A DNA stretch of 58,185 bases, the filler included, from Sphacelaria rigidula (Eukaryota), in NCBI GenBank assembly GCA_964200075.2. It is 8 parts of 8 records of this genome, joined end to end, with 100 filler letters (N's around TTAATTAATTAA, not from the genome) between each part and the next. Parts side by side here need not be neighbours in the genome. Positions count along the whole stretch, not along the records: positions 7,287 to 14,472 come from CAXNAA020016072.1; positions 14,573 to 21,758 come from CAXNAA020016073.1; positions 21,859 to 29,044 come from CAXNAA020016074.1; 5 more parts are not named here. One strand, written 5' to 3'. The position numbers and the translations under genes were made by a program. This document shows positions 12,613 through 25,278 of the stretch, piece after piece. Numbering within the stretch: the stretch's first letter is position 1; each line of letters starts with the position of its first letter. The notes under the pieces were generated by a model. That model ran no database searches and was not told the DNA's origin. It was given only the letters and a program-made list of their open reading frames with translations.

Positions 12613-13955
12613 CGAGGGGGGGGGGGAGGGCGTGCAATCGCACGGTTTACAAAACAACTATCTGTGAATCCTGTGCTACTGTCAGTCAGGTATGCTCCAA
12701 TGAGTGTCACCATATGTATTTGCATATGTACACCGAAAAAGCGAAGTCTGACACGCTGCGCAGAGAGACAGGACGCGAATCTTCGCCTCCGGAGCACACC
12801 GACCTCGATCAGCCATCCAAGACACATTTTGAGGTTAGCTACAGTATCATCTCCGAGACATGCGAGAAACCACATGTCCCTACGCGAAGCAAAGCACAAT
12901 GTGCCTAATCTTTTACACGAACGCACATGCCTTCTACAATACTTGAATACTTGCTTACATACATACAAAATACCATCACGATGGGGTCCCTTCAGGCTGG
13001 CGGGGAAGACATACCGCACAACGCGGGGTAACTAACAAACTGCCGGGGCTCATCTTGATGAAACGGATAAAATCTGCCTGCTAAATCATTTTGCAAACAA
13101 GTTCATGCCCATAACGACCAGCGTGAGTCTTACCGACAACACTTTTTTTTTTTGTCTAGTTCCAAGCCACATCTGAACACAGATTCAAAGATGCGGCAGG
13201 TTCTTGCCGTGGTCGTCTGTCCAATATCTCTGTACAGGTACAACAGGGGCTCGACAAGGCAACTCAACACCAACACACCGAGCCCCGACGAGTACGCATA
13301 GGCACCCGCTACACACGTACATATAGCTCCAGCGTTAGACCTTGCGCATCTACACGCAAGCAGTTTTTGTCCAACGGGATAATACCCGTCCACTGGTGTG
13401 GATCAAGGTCGTTCGTGGGCGTGTCATTCTACAACGAAGCGAGTGCCGTTGCTAGCCCTTCGTGTGACCATTTCCGGCGCGCGTCTGACACCAACAAATC
13501 GTCGTTTCTGAATTCAAAAATAAAAAAAGATTCCACAAAAGCTGAGGACAACGTAGTACGCAGCTGTCCAACAGCAACGGCTCGAACTACACGATTGTGC
13601 GAAGCCGGGGCCGTGGGACCTTCGGGTTCATGTGCCGCCGTTGTGCTGGGGTGTGTGCCACACCCGTTCATGCGCCTCTGCAGTTATTCCGCTGACGTTC
13701 ACCTTCGAGCAAAACTGATTGTTCGTTCAAACCGATCTGAAAACAAAATACAAAAAAACATGCCTTTTTCAACCCAGTTTGCGCGAACACATTTTTTATG
13801 TTCCCGATCTTCTTGGGGGGTGGTTATCGCACTGAGCAATGACACATGTACAGAAGCAAGCAGATTTTGAAGAAACCCGAATTTCTTGCCTCGGCAAGAA
13901 ATGAATTTTACGAGTACGTACCGTATTTTTCGTACTCGGAGCAGGGAAGAAAACC

Positions 13956-14163
13956 TTACAAAGGGGGTAACACCACGTTATCGATCAGCCTAACGGTGCC
14001 GAGCCGGAGGGCCACCGACACAACTGCTCCCTCGTCCCCCACTTGCTGCAGCTCCTCCATCGTGGACGGACAACCGACCGACAAATAGTCTATCGATGCC
14101 ACGAGCGGCTGCGCCGATAATACGTCTTCCGCCGCGGCCACCAATTCCTGCCTAGTCGCATGC
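13956..14163 (-). CDS. panC: Terminal exon of pantoate--beta-alanine ligase (pantothenate synthetase)
   Basis: After acceptor TCTATCAG reads HATRQELVAAAEDVLSAQPLVASIDYLSVGCPSTMEELQQVGDEGAVVSVALRLGTVRLIDNVVLPPL*. The IDY...VA.RLG.VRLIDN pattern is the PanC C-terminal signature. Confidence 0.9.
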
Positions 14164-14472
14164 CTGATAGATGTATGTGACCGGTATCGCGGGTCGCGCG
14201 AGAGCGGGGGCGGGGCGAAGGATGATTGAGAAGGATTTCACGCTGACGAAGGAGGCGCTCTTTTTTTTTTCTTGTCGTGCCGCTTGTGAAAACAACAATC
14301 GAAAAACAATGGAGCGACAACCTGCAATGAAGAGCTATATCTGGAGGAAAAAGTGGCGGACGGTATCACGTCACGGACTGCCGTCCTCCCCCCCCCCCCA
14401 TGTCCTTCCCGCGTGCACCATTTAAAATTTTTAGCTCGAGTGGTCCCTAAAGCAAAACCAAACCGGGGTCTC

Positions 14473-14572
14473 NNNNNNNNNNNNNNNNNNNNNNNNNNNN
14501 NNNNNNNNNNNNNNNNTTAATTAATTAANNNNNNNNNNNNNNNNNNNNNNNNNNNNNNNNNNNNNNNNNNNN
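14473..14572. other. Artificial contig spacer
   Basis: N44-TTAATTAATTAA-N44. Confidence 0.99.
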
Positions 14573-14854
14573 ATGATATCATCCAAAGCCACGCGTGGCG
14601 GGCGGCCCGCCGGTCGCCGCATCCTGTTTAAAGCTCTCTACGGCGACACATACTGCTTGCTACATCAGATGTACATTACCTAATGCGCACCCTGCGCCTG
14701 AAAATATAGTGTATGAAACTTTCGGTCTTCCCCATAACCCTGCGTTTCCTTACGCGGATTTTCAGCAACATGCCACTGTTTCGTGCAGACGTCAGACACG
14801 TCTTTCTTTACCAGCCCCGTTGGTCGTTCTCGGGGCCCGGTCCCAAAGGGGTTA

Positions 14855-15295
14855 ATTTTTTCCACAACGAGCAATGACTCGAGTGCTCGCCCCATTATTT
14901 TCTTCCACAACAAGCAATGACTCGAGTACTCGCCCTATTAATTTGTTTCCACGACGAGCGATGACTCGAGTGCTCGCCCTATTATTTTTTCGCACAACGA
15001 GCAATGGCTCGAGTGCTCGCCCTATTAGTTTATTTCCACAACGAGCAATGGCTCGAGGGCTCGCCCTATTAGTTTTTTCAAATACGAGCAATGGCTCGAG
15101 TGCTCGCCCTACTAGTTTTTTTCCTCAACGAGTAATGACTCCAGTGCTCGCCCCATTAATATTTTTCCACAACGCACAATGACTCGAGTGCTCGCCCCGA
15201 TAATTTTTTCTCCAACGAGCAATGACTTGAGTGCTCCCCCCCAATATTTTTTCCACAACGAGCAATGACTCGAGTGCTCGCTCTATTAATTTCTA
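14855..15295. repeat. Minisatellite, 10 copies of a ~43-bp unit
   Basis: Unit TTTTCCACAACGAGCAATGACTCGAGTGCTCGCCCTATTAAT; cores near 14868, 14910, 14953, 14997, 15041, 15084, 15128, 15172, 15215, 15258. Confidence 0.95.
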
Positions 15296-15845
15296 CAGCC
15301 AACGAGTAGCTCAACAAGTGCGAGTGCCCCGAGTTACACTCGCGCTCGTCCGACGTATGGAATCTTGAAATATTCTTCAACGACTCTTCTTCTTACTCGC
15401 AGTATCCGTACCCAATTATCTGTGAAGTTTGACCAAGATCTGCGTTTACTACAAAAGTTACAAGGGGACACTTCGAGAGACTTTCAGAGGCCTTGATGCG
15501 TATGATCAGTGGAAATCTGACGTCACCGATATACCAGGTTTTGGGGTATACAATCGCTACATCCCACATAACTCGTGTAAAATTCTGTTTTTCACGCTGT
15601 TGTAGATTCCCTCGCTGGTGGCGGTTACCCAGGTTTGATTCGTGATGAGATTGGGTACAAGTTGTGGGTGGCTTCCGTAGAAAGATCAAGCGCATACGAA
15701 GCTGATGAAAAAAACAACTCGGTTTCAATACTGGAATCAGGTCAAATATAATCCATTTTGCCCTTGTCTTTATCATTCCTATGAGAAATGTTTTTTTAAG
15801 GATTCGTGTTGAACATCCCACACCTAGCCCAGACATCACAGTACG

Positions 15846-16345
15846 ATGGACTTGCTCCCGAGTATCCCCCCCTCGCCGAACAGATGGCGAGCTATAATCG
15901 AATCGCCGCCATTCTTTAACGTTCAAGGTTGCGCTCACTATTCCATCAGGCAAGGTGAGGATTCCCAAGGGCTCGCCGGGGCCAATTCGCGAACGCTACG
16001 GTGTTGGTTCTTGAGTACCCGACAAAATTGTGGGAAAACGCCCAAGCCCAGATCGACGTTTTCCAGGAAGTCGACCTTCCGAACAACACAAGGACTAGAC
16101 GGCCGTCGCTCCCGATGCCAACGAAATTCGCGGCGCTAAAGAGCGTCAACAGCCAGAATCGGTCAGTTACGCTCCGGCAGATGTCCGATCAGCTGAAAGA
16201 CACAGGGCTGAGATGCGGTACGGAGACTGTGCGGCGGTGGGTCGAGAAAGAAGGGGCGGCGAAGGTGGCCCGCCGCATGAAACCCTCCCTTTCCCCTGCT
16301 CAGAAGCTTCGCCGAATCGACTTCATTACCGATCAGGTGAACTAG
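15846..16345 (+). pseudogene. Tc1/mariner-like transposase relic (N-terminal DNA-binding part)
   Basis: VTLRQMSDQLKDTGLRCGTETVRRWVEKEGAAKVARRMKPSLSPAQKLRRIDF resembles the second HTH plus KP.L....K..R..F linker of Tc1/mariner. It is disrupted upstream and ends before any DDD/DDE domain. Confidence 0.75.
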
Positions 16346-17834
16346 GCGACCAAGGATCTCCTCGACCGACCAGTTATTTTGTGTCAGTTTTTTCGCCCCC
16401 CGCCCCCAGAAGACGGAGTACGGCTATTTTCGGGCCGACTGATTGTTTTGTAGCCGTTCGACCGCACAGTTCAACACCGAGTTGCTAAAAACAAGTGCTC
16501 CCAACTCAAAATAAAAGCCGAGAAATCAAGAAAGAAAAATAAAAAATCAGATCGGGCACGGGTAAGACTTCGTACAAACATGACCCGCCAAACGTATGGG
16601 ACGGAGGAGGTATATGTACACGCCTAAAGCAAAAGGGCCAGCACAAACATTACTCCACGAGTTTCGTCGACATGTCGAGGCGATGGAGCCGAAACGTCTG
16701 GACGATACAGTACCGCCTTGCAGCGGTTGCAACCCAAGCACCACATTCGCTGAGTCGTCTCTTTTTTTTTTCGGATGGGTGGTGTTGAGTAAACCCCGGG
16801 ATTTATTATTTTCTTCCGCAGCTGACCTCGGACGAGGCCACACATCATGCCATCATGCCCATCAAACTTCAACTCGCCGGCATCTGATGATCAGCTCTGG
16901 ATCTCATGCAGTCCTTCTTTTCTCCGTCGGCATTTTGCAGGCATCGGGCAGGGACCGCTGTTGGGATTGCCCCGCGGTAACCTGTACAACAGCGATATTC
17001 GAATCCGAGGGAAAAAAGGGGGACATATACCCGAGCAGACGAGGCCACGTCAGTATACCTTCCTCGACACGCTACACAAACGCCGTCTTACTCAGTCCGG
17101 CGATTTTCAGCGCAAGCAGTTCGACTCCATACTCTGAAATGACCTACTCGTGCAGGACTTACCCACTCCCCAAAGATGCATGTGAACGCCAAGCTCTTCC
17201 GACGACCCAGTGACCATCGCACCATCCACCTCGACATGCAGGCCAAGAAGACGCCCCGTCTACTGCACGCTACACTCGAGCCTTAAACTTGTTGGGAAAA
17301 TAAGCGGAACCACTTCTTTACGCACGGATATTCCTCTTGAGAGGGAGAGGGAGACAACACTACGTCAAACAAGACATGACTTCACCTTGTCAGCCACGTT
17401 CCAACACCGCTCGATATTTCATACACTACACCAGCACATGCTCAACCCTGCAGACTCCCCTAGAGCCAACCACCTGTCGTCAACATCACGCTGCTGCACG
17501 CCACCTACCACACAGAGCACAACAGTATACGTACACGTGTGCACACACCCAAGAAAATATCGTCACCAACCACGGCACAACAAATGATGACACTACAATA
17601 GCTCGCGTTCGGTTCGACAGCAAGAGAGACGAGCAGCACTGCAAGTTCCCCGGCTGTCTTAACAACTGGACCACGTGAAGGAGCGAACATCCCAGTCAAG
17701 ATGTTTGTCGTCGCCTGGGACTGGGAGAGGATACCGCTGCCAAACGTGCTGGTCGCCAGCAGGCCCACACCGCACCCCCCACAGGACCACACAACGACAA
17801 ATCACCCAACAGCCCAACATCAGCCTCCACACCC

Positions 17835-18155
17835 CGACACAGCCTCTTCCCCGACTCACAACTACATGTGCCCGACGACTCTCTCGTCGACGGACTGCCC
17901 GTCCATCGCCTCGACACCCTTGTAGCGGTTTTGACCGACCGTGCACGCCTGCAGCGCTGAGTAAAAAGTGTCACGAGTACCGTGCCTTTATTTTGGGCGG
18001 CACATCGACTCGACACCACGACATTCCGCTCAACGTCGCGAGCCTGCAGAGTCGGACAACGCCGCTACAAGGGTGTCCACGCCACGGACGGGCACTCCGC
18101 CGACAACAAAGCCGTCGGGCACAGCTTGTTGTCAGTTGGGGAAGACACGCTGTCT
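17835..18155. repeat. Imperfect inverted repeat, arms ~110 bp
   Basis: CTTCCCCGACTCACAAC...TGTGCCCGACG...GACACCCTTGTAGCGG pairs with CCGCTACAAGGGTGTC...CGTCGGGCACA...GTTGTCAGTTGGGGAAG. Confidence 0.8.
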
Positions 18156-19248
18156 CGGGGGGTCAAGACCGGAACATGTTACGCCGTTTGTTCTTGTACT
18201 ACTCTTCTTGCCGTGTGGAAAGTGCTTCCACACGGCAAGAAGAAAACGTACGTTATGTATCGCCTAGGAAAGAGCGGGCGGAGGGGGTACGGTAGTGACT
18301 ACCGATCCCCCCCCATCCTCCCATTTCAAGCGACAAGTTGATATTTTGTGATGTATTCCATCGTACCAGCATCAACTCTGTGATGTTGCCAGATCGAGAA
18401 TACATGGCATGTGGATCGATGTCACCTTGACATCGCACGCTTCCAGGGGCACAACTACAACACGGTGCTCCCCCGCGTGAGGTGCTGAGGTTGTAGCTGT
18501 GCGGCCAGTGTGGTCAACCCCGAGCGAAATGCCTTTCACGGTCAATTACAAGTTTTTCTTTCTTATTCATTCAACTTACGCCTCACGCCCCACACACATC
18601 ACACAACATTTCCAACGTTCGACAGCAATATCTATCGCACTGATACACGTGTCCACACCTTTGCGGCACACATCGAGAGCATACTGTGCTAGGAACCTAG
18701 AAGTTGTTGGGACATGAGGTGCGTCATCTGTTGCGGACTGTCGGGTATACCGCATTGATACGTGTGTGCATGTGTTCGGCACACATCGAGTACTGCCTAC
18801 GGATTTGGGCAAATCTGGGGAGTTGTGGCTGTGGATCTTGGGGAATGTGGTTGTAGAAAGTTGTGAGGGAAATGGTGGGTGTTCAGCGTAGGGATGGAGA
18901 TGAGATGGGATGTTGGAAATGTGGGAAGATGTGGAGCGTGATTTCTTGGGAGATATGGTTGTGACTCCTCGGGGGATATGGGTGTGAGACGTCGGGGGAA
19001 AGAGAAGAGAGAATGGAAGAGGGAGGAGGGAAAGACAAAAATACGGAAAAGACAGAGACGAGACACTGATCGAGTCCAGGTTACACATGCGAGCAAGCAG
19101 ACGAGCAGCAACACCGACAACACACGAAAAAAGACAAAACGCAAGCAAGCACGGGTGGCTTCGACAGCCGTGAGCCTACCGGGGCTACTACAGTAAAATT
19201 ACGGGATACAAAAAACAAACACCATGGACTACAGTACGAAACAGAACC

Positions 19249-19375
19249 CACACCCTGGACCAAAGGATACACAAGTCAAAAAGTGTACTGCGTACAGTAT
19301 CGACTATCGAGCCGATTGCAACACATACTGTACGCAATACATTTTTTCACAATAGAATCCATCGTGCAGGGTGTG
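19249..19375. mobile_element. Older copy of the 9827 foldback MITE
   Basis: CACACCCTGGAC...TGTACTGCGTACAGTAT...ATACTGTACGCA...CAGGGTGTG. Confidence 0.8.
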
Positions 19376-20200
19376 ATCGAATCACAAGACTTACAAAGAC
19401 AAACCTTGAATCCGATACTCGACCCTCTTGGGTGATACAATCCATACCCGTCATGCCGCGATGCCCAAGTCCAGCTCTTCACCACGAACGGCACCGGCCA
19501 CGACTGCTTTTCACCTGCTATTCAACAACACGAGGGGAAATGGCGGGCGTTAGTTTCCATACCTCAGAAGTTGGCGCATAACCCCCTCATCATGACGTAC
19601 GACTCTCGCCAGGTCCAACGATGGAGGCCGCCGCGCGACGGTAGACACCAGACCAGCTGTGAAACGGTGGACAGTCGAAGAACGCCAGGCGCAGTGACAA
19701 ATGGGAAACAGCAGCGTACAGTGGTCAAGGGTTTAGCGAGCAAATTTCGTCTGGGCCAGAACGTGCAAGAACTTGTCGCCACCAACCTGCCAAAACTTGT
19801 CGCCACCATGATAAAAAGCACATCACAGAGATACAACCCATGCAAACAACATCGCTTTCGCGATATCCATCACGGACGTGAGATAAAAAGTGAGAGGGAA
19901 CGTCCGACAGTCTGTTGCAGCAGCATACCCGAATGGTTGCTGAAAAAAAGTCAACCGTGAACCGACACCACGTTTGCCGTTCGAGATCCCTAGCTTCACG
20001 TCTGCCTCCACGTTACCAACACTTGTTTGCAGCCTGTGCACCTCCTGCACATCCAGTCAAGCTTGCCTCAGGACGTACGTCTCGAAATCAGGCCACCTGT
20101 CGCGTCGACAAGGCGTCAAGGAAACCCTTGTGCCGGCGTGAATCACACACATCTTCTACAATAAAACAAACACATCAATCGCGTTCTTCTCACCTCTACA

Positions 20201-21448
20201 CTACGATCGACGCCGAGGTACACGTGCCGTCGGTGCTTTTTTCTGGGCTCCCGCTCGTCGCCCCGTCGATGATGACTGCTTGCGATCCGAAACGCCCGAC
20301 GACGTAGAGCCAACGTCCGAACTGGCTTGACGTTGCACTCGTGTCGACCGTCGTACGTTTCGTGCAGGAGGCCCTTGCTCACCACCGGCACCGGATTCAG
20401 CTCCTGACGCAGGCGCGGCTGCTCCTGCCAGGCGATCCCTCACTCGTTGAGACCGCCTCCGGCATACAACTGGCGCAGGGGATACAGCCACAGCAGACGC
20501 GTTTTGCCCTGCCGGCGCAGGGCAAGAAGCCAACACCAGAGACGAATCTCCATCACTCAAAGATCGGGAAGGGCTCCCTTGCGCTGGCTGCAGGCTAGCG
20601 CTGGGGATGGTCGCCTCCGTGGATGCGGGCGACACAACCACACTAGGGGGGCATGGGCCAGTGTTTGACAGTGGTGATCCGGCGCCCCCAACAGCACGGG
20701 GGAGCCAAGCCGAACGGAGGATCGGACCCTGCACCCGGACACCGGCACCGACGCCCAGGCCGGCTGGTTCGGCAGCGCCCGCTGCTACAGGAGATGCCGT
20801 GGGGGGCGTTGCCCGCTCAGTGACCTCCGGACTGGGGGTGGGGGGAACGGCTGCTCGTGGGGAAGTATCCGGATCCCGCCCCTCAACACCACCACCAGTG
20901 GCCTGCTGCCCGGATGATCGAGCATCTCTTCTTGCCGAAGGAGGAGCTGAGGCTCGGGCGTTGATTGCCGGGGCGGGTGCAGTGTCTCCCTCACAGAACA
21001 TCGGCGAGTCGGCGAACATCACAATAAAGGACACAACGAACACCGCCGTCCCGATCATCGAGATGACATACTCCGCGTACATGTCTTCCACGCAGTACCC
21101 GGATATGTCAACAGAAAACCTCCGGCTTGGGAGCCAGTATGGCGTGCAGCTCCCAACCAACGGCTTATACAAAAAGCTGTACAGCAACATTACTGAACAG
21201 GTCACCAAATACGAGCTGAGCTCCGCCCAAATCAGGCACATCAGAGCACATGTCATGTTTGACCAACAAGCCTTGAAGGCAAGTATCATCTCGTTCAGAG
21301 ACATTCTGCTAGTCGCAGAAAGAACGTCTGTGATTCGAAGCCTGAACCAAGTACCAAACGTCTGCTCAAGGCAAAGTTGAACGGAGCAACGAGCGAGGCA
21401 CAGATGGCTCGGTTCAGTTGTGGAGGCATGTGGCATGCACACGAACAC
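20201..21448 (-). CDS. Unknown 415-aa ORF: hydrophobic N-half plus Pro/Ala/Ser-rich basic tail
   Basis: 1.25-kb open frame with several hydrophobic stretches (e.g. YVISMIGTAVFVVSFIVMF) and RRRSQR / RRSTR motifs; no family recognised; start uncertain. Confidence 0.4.
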   Translation of the reverse strand: MFVCMPHASTTEPSHLCLARCSVQLCLEQTFGTWFRLRITDVLSATSRMSLNEMILAFKACWSNMTCALMCLIWAELSSYLVTCSVMLLYSFLYKPLVGSCTPYWLPSRRFSVDISGYCVEDMYAEYVISMIGTAVFVVSFIVMFADSPMFCEGDTAPAPAINARASAPPSARRDARSSGQQATGGGVEGRDPDTSPRAAVPPTPSPEVTERATPPTASPVAAGAAEPAGLGVGAGVRVQGPILRSAWLPRAVGGAGSPLSNTGPCPPSVVVSPASTEATIPSASLQPAQGSPSRSLSDGDSSLVLASCPAPAGQNASAVAVSPAPVVCRRRSQRVRDRLAGAAAPASGAESGAGGEQGPPARNVRRSTRVQRQASSDVGSTSSGVSDRKQSSSTGRRAGAQKKAPTARVPRRRS

Positions 21449-21758
21449 AAGCCACGTGTTTCATGTGGTACGTATATGGAGGCTTGTTGTTTATGTTACG
21501 GTTCGTACGTCATTCAGAATTACAAGCTTTGTGATTGATCGCCTGCCACACTTTTCAAAAGTTGATGTGACGCTTCGAGTGTCATATTACGCCCGTACAA
21601 CCGTGAGTGATCGAGGGATTGAGGACGTGTTCTAAAATTTCAAATTTCAAACGTCCGAGGGTGATATGGAGGCGTGTCTCTCTCATGTGTCTCGAGCTTT
21701 GTGATTGATCAAATAGACACAAATCTGCAAATTGATGTGACGTTTCGACTGACATATC

Positions 21759-21858
21759 NNNNNNNNNNNNNNNNNNNNNNNNNNNNNNNNNNNNNNNNNN
21801 NNTTAATTAATTAANNNNNNNNNNNNNNNNNNNNNNNNNNNNNNNNNNNNNNNNNNNN
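21759..21858. other. Artificial contig spacer
   Basis: N44-TTAATTAATTAA-N44. Confidence 0.99.
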
Positions 21859-22455
21859 CCCCGTGATTGTTGCACCTGCGTCCAGAGACGCGGAACGCGG
21901 ACAAACATAATGAATAAACATAGTATATAAACAGTGACGTAGCCTGTCCCGAAAGCTTTGTGGTCGCGAGTGTCTTACTGGCGATCACCACTGCAATATC
22001 ATGAAGGAAGAAAAACAGACACCTCATATGTTGTAACATGCATACGCTGTATGCATACTCAAGTAAGGCAAAGTCGATCGCTCAAAATCTCGATATTGTG
22101 TATTATTATCATATTTTTGTCATTATCATTATCATTACCATTATCATTATCATTACACACGTGGACAGATAGCATCCTGTGGGGCGCACTGTGCAGGGTC
22201 CGTAAAGGGTCCTCCACAGTCTTTGTGAAAAACCCTGACGGTGAAAACGAAAATCTGTCCTTGTAGCATTTTCATCGAAACCCTGCAAGCAACCCTGTGG
22301 AGAGGCGCGCCCAATTTTGAAATTTCCATTTTTTTTCGAAAATTCCACATTATTTTGATACAAAATCTGCAAGTTTATTTATTTTAAACAGCTTGTCCTG
22401 CTGTCCGACATAAATTCCTTTTTGGCCGATTCGAATCGGTCAAAAAGGAATTTAT

Positions 22456-24192
22456 CAGGGCTATTAAAATTACACGTTACACGTACGTTACACCTCACGA
22501 ACGTACGTCACAAGGGTGTGACGTAACGTAACGTATGTTTTCCGAATACGTCACATGTGTGACGTAACGTAACGTACTGGTGAAAACATGTGACGTGACG
22601 TAACGTTCAATTTTTCAGTACGTCACAAATGTGACGTGACGTGACGTATTTGTTCTCATACATCACAGTAACGTATTTTGAAACGTTTTGCGTCACGTGT
22701 AACGTATTATATACATTACACGTCACCATAAACGTTACACGTCACACTATTATACGTTTGTGACGTCTGAATGAACGTCACGACCGTCACACGCCCAACT
22801 TGTACCACAAGTAGTCTGAGATTAGCATATATGATACTCGCATGATATGATACATGTCAAGAAGAGTGTGCATACGTCATCATACTACGCACGCGATGTA
22901 AGCGCAAGTTCAGCGCCACGCCAGCAAGCACCGCCACACCACACCCAACCATAGTATGCATTATTTTGAGTTGCTATGTGCTGTTTAACTGATTGGTGTC
23001 ACTAGTATCAAAATATGGATTACGAAGTAATCAGAGACCTTGTGCCCTTGAAGACGTGCGAAGGATGACACGAGCTTGTGACCTCATGGACAAATTCGGT
23101 GGCTCCACTGCTGTTCTGTAGTTTTGTTCTTTATTTCGTTGATTTTGCTCCGTTTTCTTACGTTGGGGTTGTTTTGTTTCTCTGTGTTTCTGCCGTCCGT
23201 CTCTGTTCGAACGACTTTGTGTAAGTTTTCGTGTCTATTCTTGGCACAATGAGTCATCATGTGTTTCTACCTTCATGATGTCCGCCCTGCGAACGCGGCT
23301 GGATTCGTGCCAGATCATCAGTTCATGTGTATTATAAACTGCATAGAGAATATAGATTTCCTGTATACACGCCCTGCTGAGAGAACAAATAATTATAACA
23401 ACACAGAATCGGATTGCTCTGTGTTGGGTGTCCTACAAAATGCCAACCGACCACCAGGTATCACTAACGTATGATCTGTACATACTTGCGTTTGTATGTG
23501 TACATCATGGCCTGCGCGCATCTTGGTATCTCACTATCTGATTATTATCGTGCATCAATAACGTACCCATGTATTTATTTGAAATTCCAACGTGTGAGTC
23601 AGGGGCGCATGAGCGATACACTAGCTGAAACGCATTCTTACATGTCAACATAGCGAGCAGAACGCGCCTCATGCTCGAACAAGGCAGCCACCGTGAACCT
23701 CCCGTACCAAGTTGCGGCACATGAAACCTTACAACATTGTACGTAGCGTTGATTTGCCCTCAACACGGTCGGAGTGTAACGATTCATTTTACGTTACACG
23801 TCACAAATGTGTCGTATATTATTCGTTACACGTCACAATAACGTTCCAAAATACGTTGCACGTCACATACGTAACGTTTGAAAATACGCTACACGTCACA
23901 AACGTACAATAATATGACGTGTGGCATTTATTGTGACGTGTGTAACATGTATTATGGCGTGTAACGTTTTATTGTGACGTGTGCCGTTCCAAAATACGTT
24001 ACTGTGACGTAACGTACCGTATAATTGTTTAATACGTCACAAGTGTGACGTAACGTATCGTATTCGTACAAAAATGTGACGTGACGTGACGTATAATTTT
24101 CGTACGTCACAAAGTGTGACGTGACGTAACGTAAATTTTTTCGTACGCCACATTGGTGACGTAACGTGCAACGTGTAACATAAAGATCTTTG
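22456..24192. mobile_element. Non-autonomous hAT-like element (~1.74 kb) with ACGT-rich subterminal arrays
   Basis: Ends CAGGGCTATTAAAATTACACGTT / AACGTGTAACATAAAGATCTTTG; 8-bp TSD GAATTTAT at 22448-22455 and 24193-24200; GTGACGT/GTAACGT arrays at both ends. Confidence 0.85.
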
Positions 24193-25278
24193 GAATTTAT
24201 GTCGGACAGCAGGACAAGCTATTGAAAACAGATCCTTTTCTCGCTCGATATATTTGGGCAAAAAAAGGATTTGTTTCGAACAGCAGAAGAACCTATTCAA
24301 AATAGATATTTTTTCGCCCATTTAAATCGGGCAAAAAAAGGATCTATTTCAAACAGCTTTTTCTGCTGCGCAAATCCCATGCACACTGGCAGATTTGGAA
24401 TTTGAACAGAAGAAGAAGCTCGAAATAAATCTTCACTGGGCCCTTCAATTCATCCGAATATTGGGCAAAAAGAGATTTATTGCGAACAGCGTCAGCTGGG
24501 CATATCCCCCATACTGCACCGTTATCAGCGTATGGGACCCCACACGCAAGAAAAATTGTCGAAAGTAATTCATCCTTTTGCCCCCCAGTTCATGTATACA
24601 TGGGCTGAAGAATGAATAATTCTCAACAGCTTTTGCTGAATAGAAATCCAACACACTGCTTACGAGTTTATGTCCACACGCCTACGAGCTTAGATACGAC
24701 GCTTCGGCTCAAGGCGTGGATGCTGGGATGACGGTATATACCTTCGCATATGAGTCCACATAGCTGATGAAAACCCCGTGGTCCAGTGTCTAACCAAAAT
24801 CACTCAATCGAGCATGCTTTTGTTTATGTTTTTTTCTGCTTGATAGTTATTGCAAGAACAAAATATTGGTCTTGTCAACAACAAATCAGGCAGCTCAATA
24901 TACAACACGTCACACTCCCGAGCACGAAATCGTTAAGTCGATTCCAATCACTGCAATTTCTCAACCGTTGTTTTCTGCCAGTACCATGCCCATGCTGTAT
25001 GGAGTATATTGTATGTGCGCTATAAACACTGTTCAGCATATTAACCACAATGAACAGTACTCGGGGTGACGAAACCCTGTGAAGCGTACTGTGCGGCGCG
25101 AGAAAAAGCCCTACAGCCAAATCCCCGCGAGAAACACTGCACAGTTTCCCTAAAACCCCGTGAACTGTACTGCGTGGCACAAAAAAATGCCCTACAGCTA
25201 AATCCCCGCGAGAAACACTGCACAGTTTTCCTGAACCATGTAGACGTGCCCCACAGGGTGCTATCTGTCCACGTGTGT

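Noticed and set aside
12361..13035. 224-aa (+) and 168-aa (-) ORFs
   Set aside because: They begin in a dispersed repeat and contain no convincing motif; possibly a decayed retroelement but unsupported
14855..15295. CRISPR-like array of palindromic repeats
   Set aside because: The linkers are only ~16-18 bp and homologous to each other, there are no cas genes, and the context is eukaryotic; it is a minisatellite
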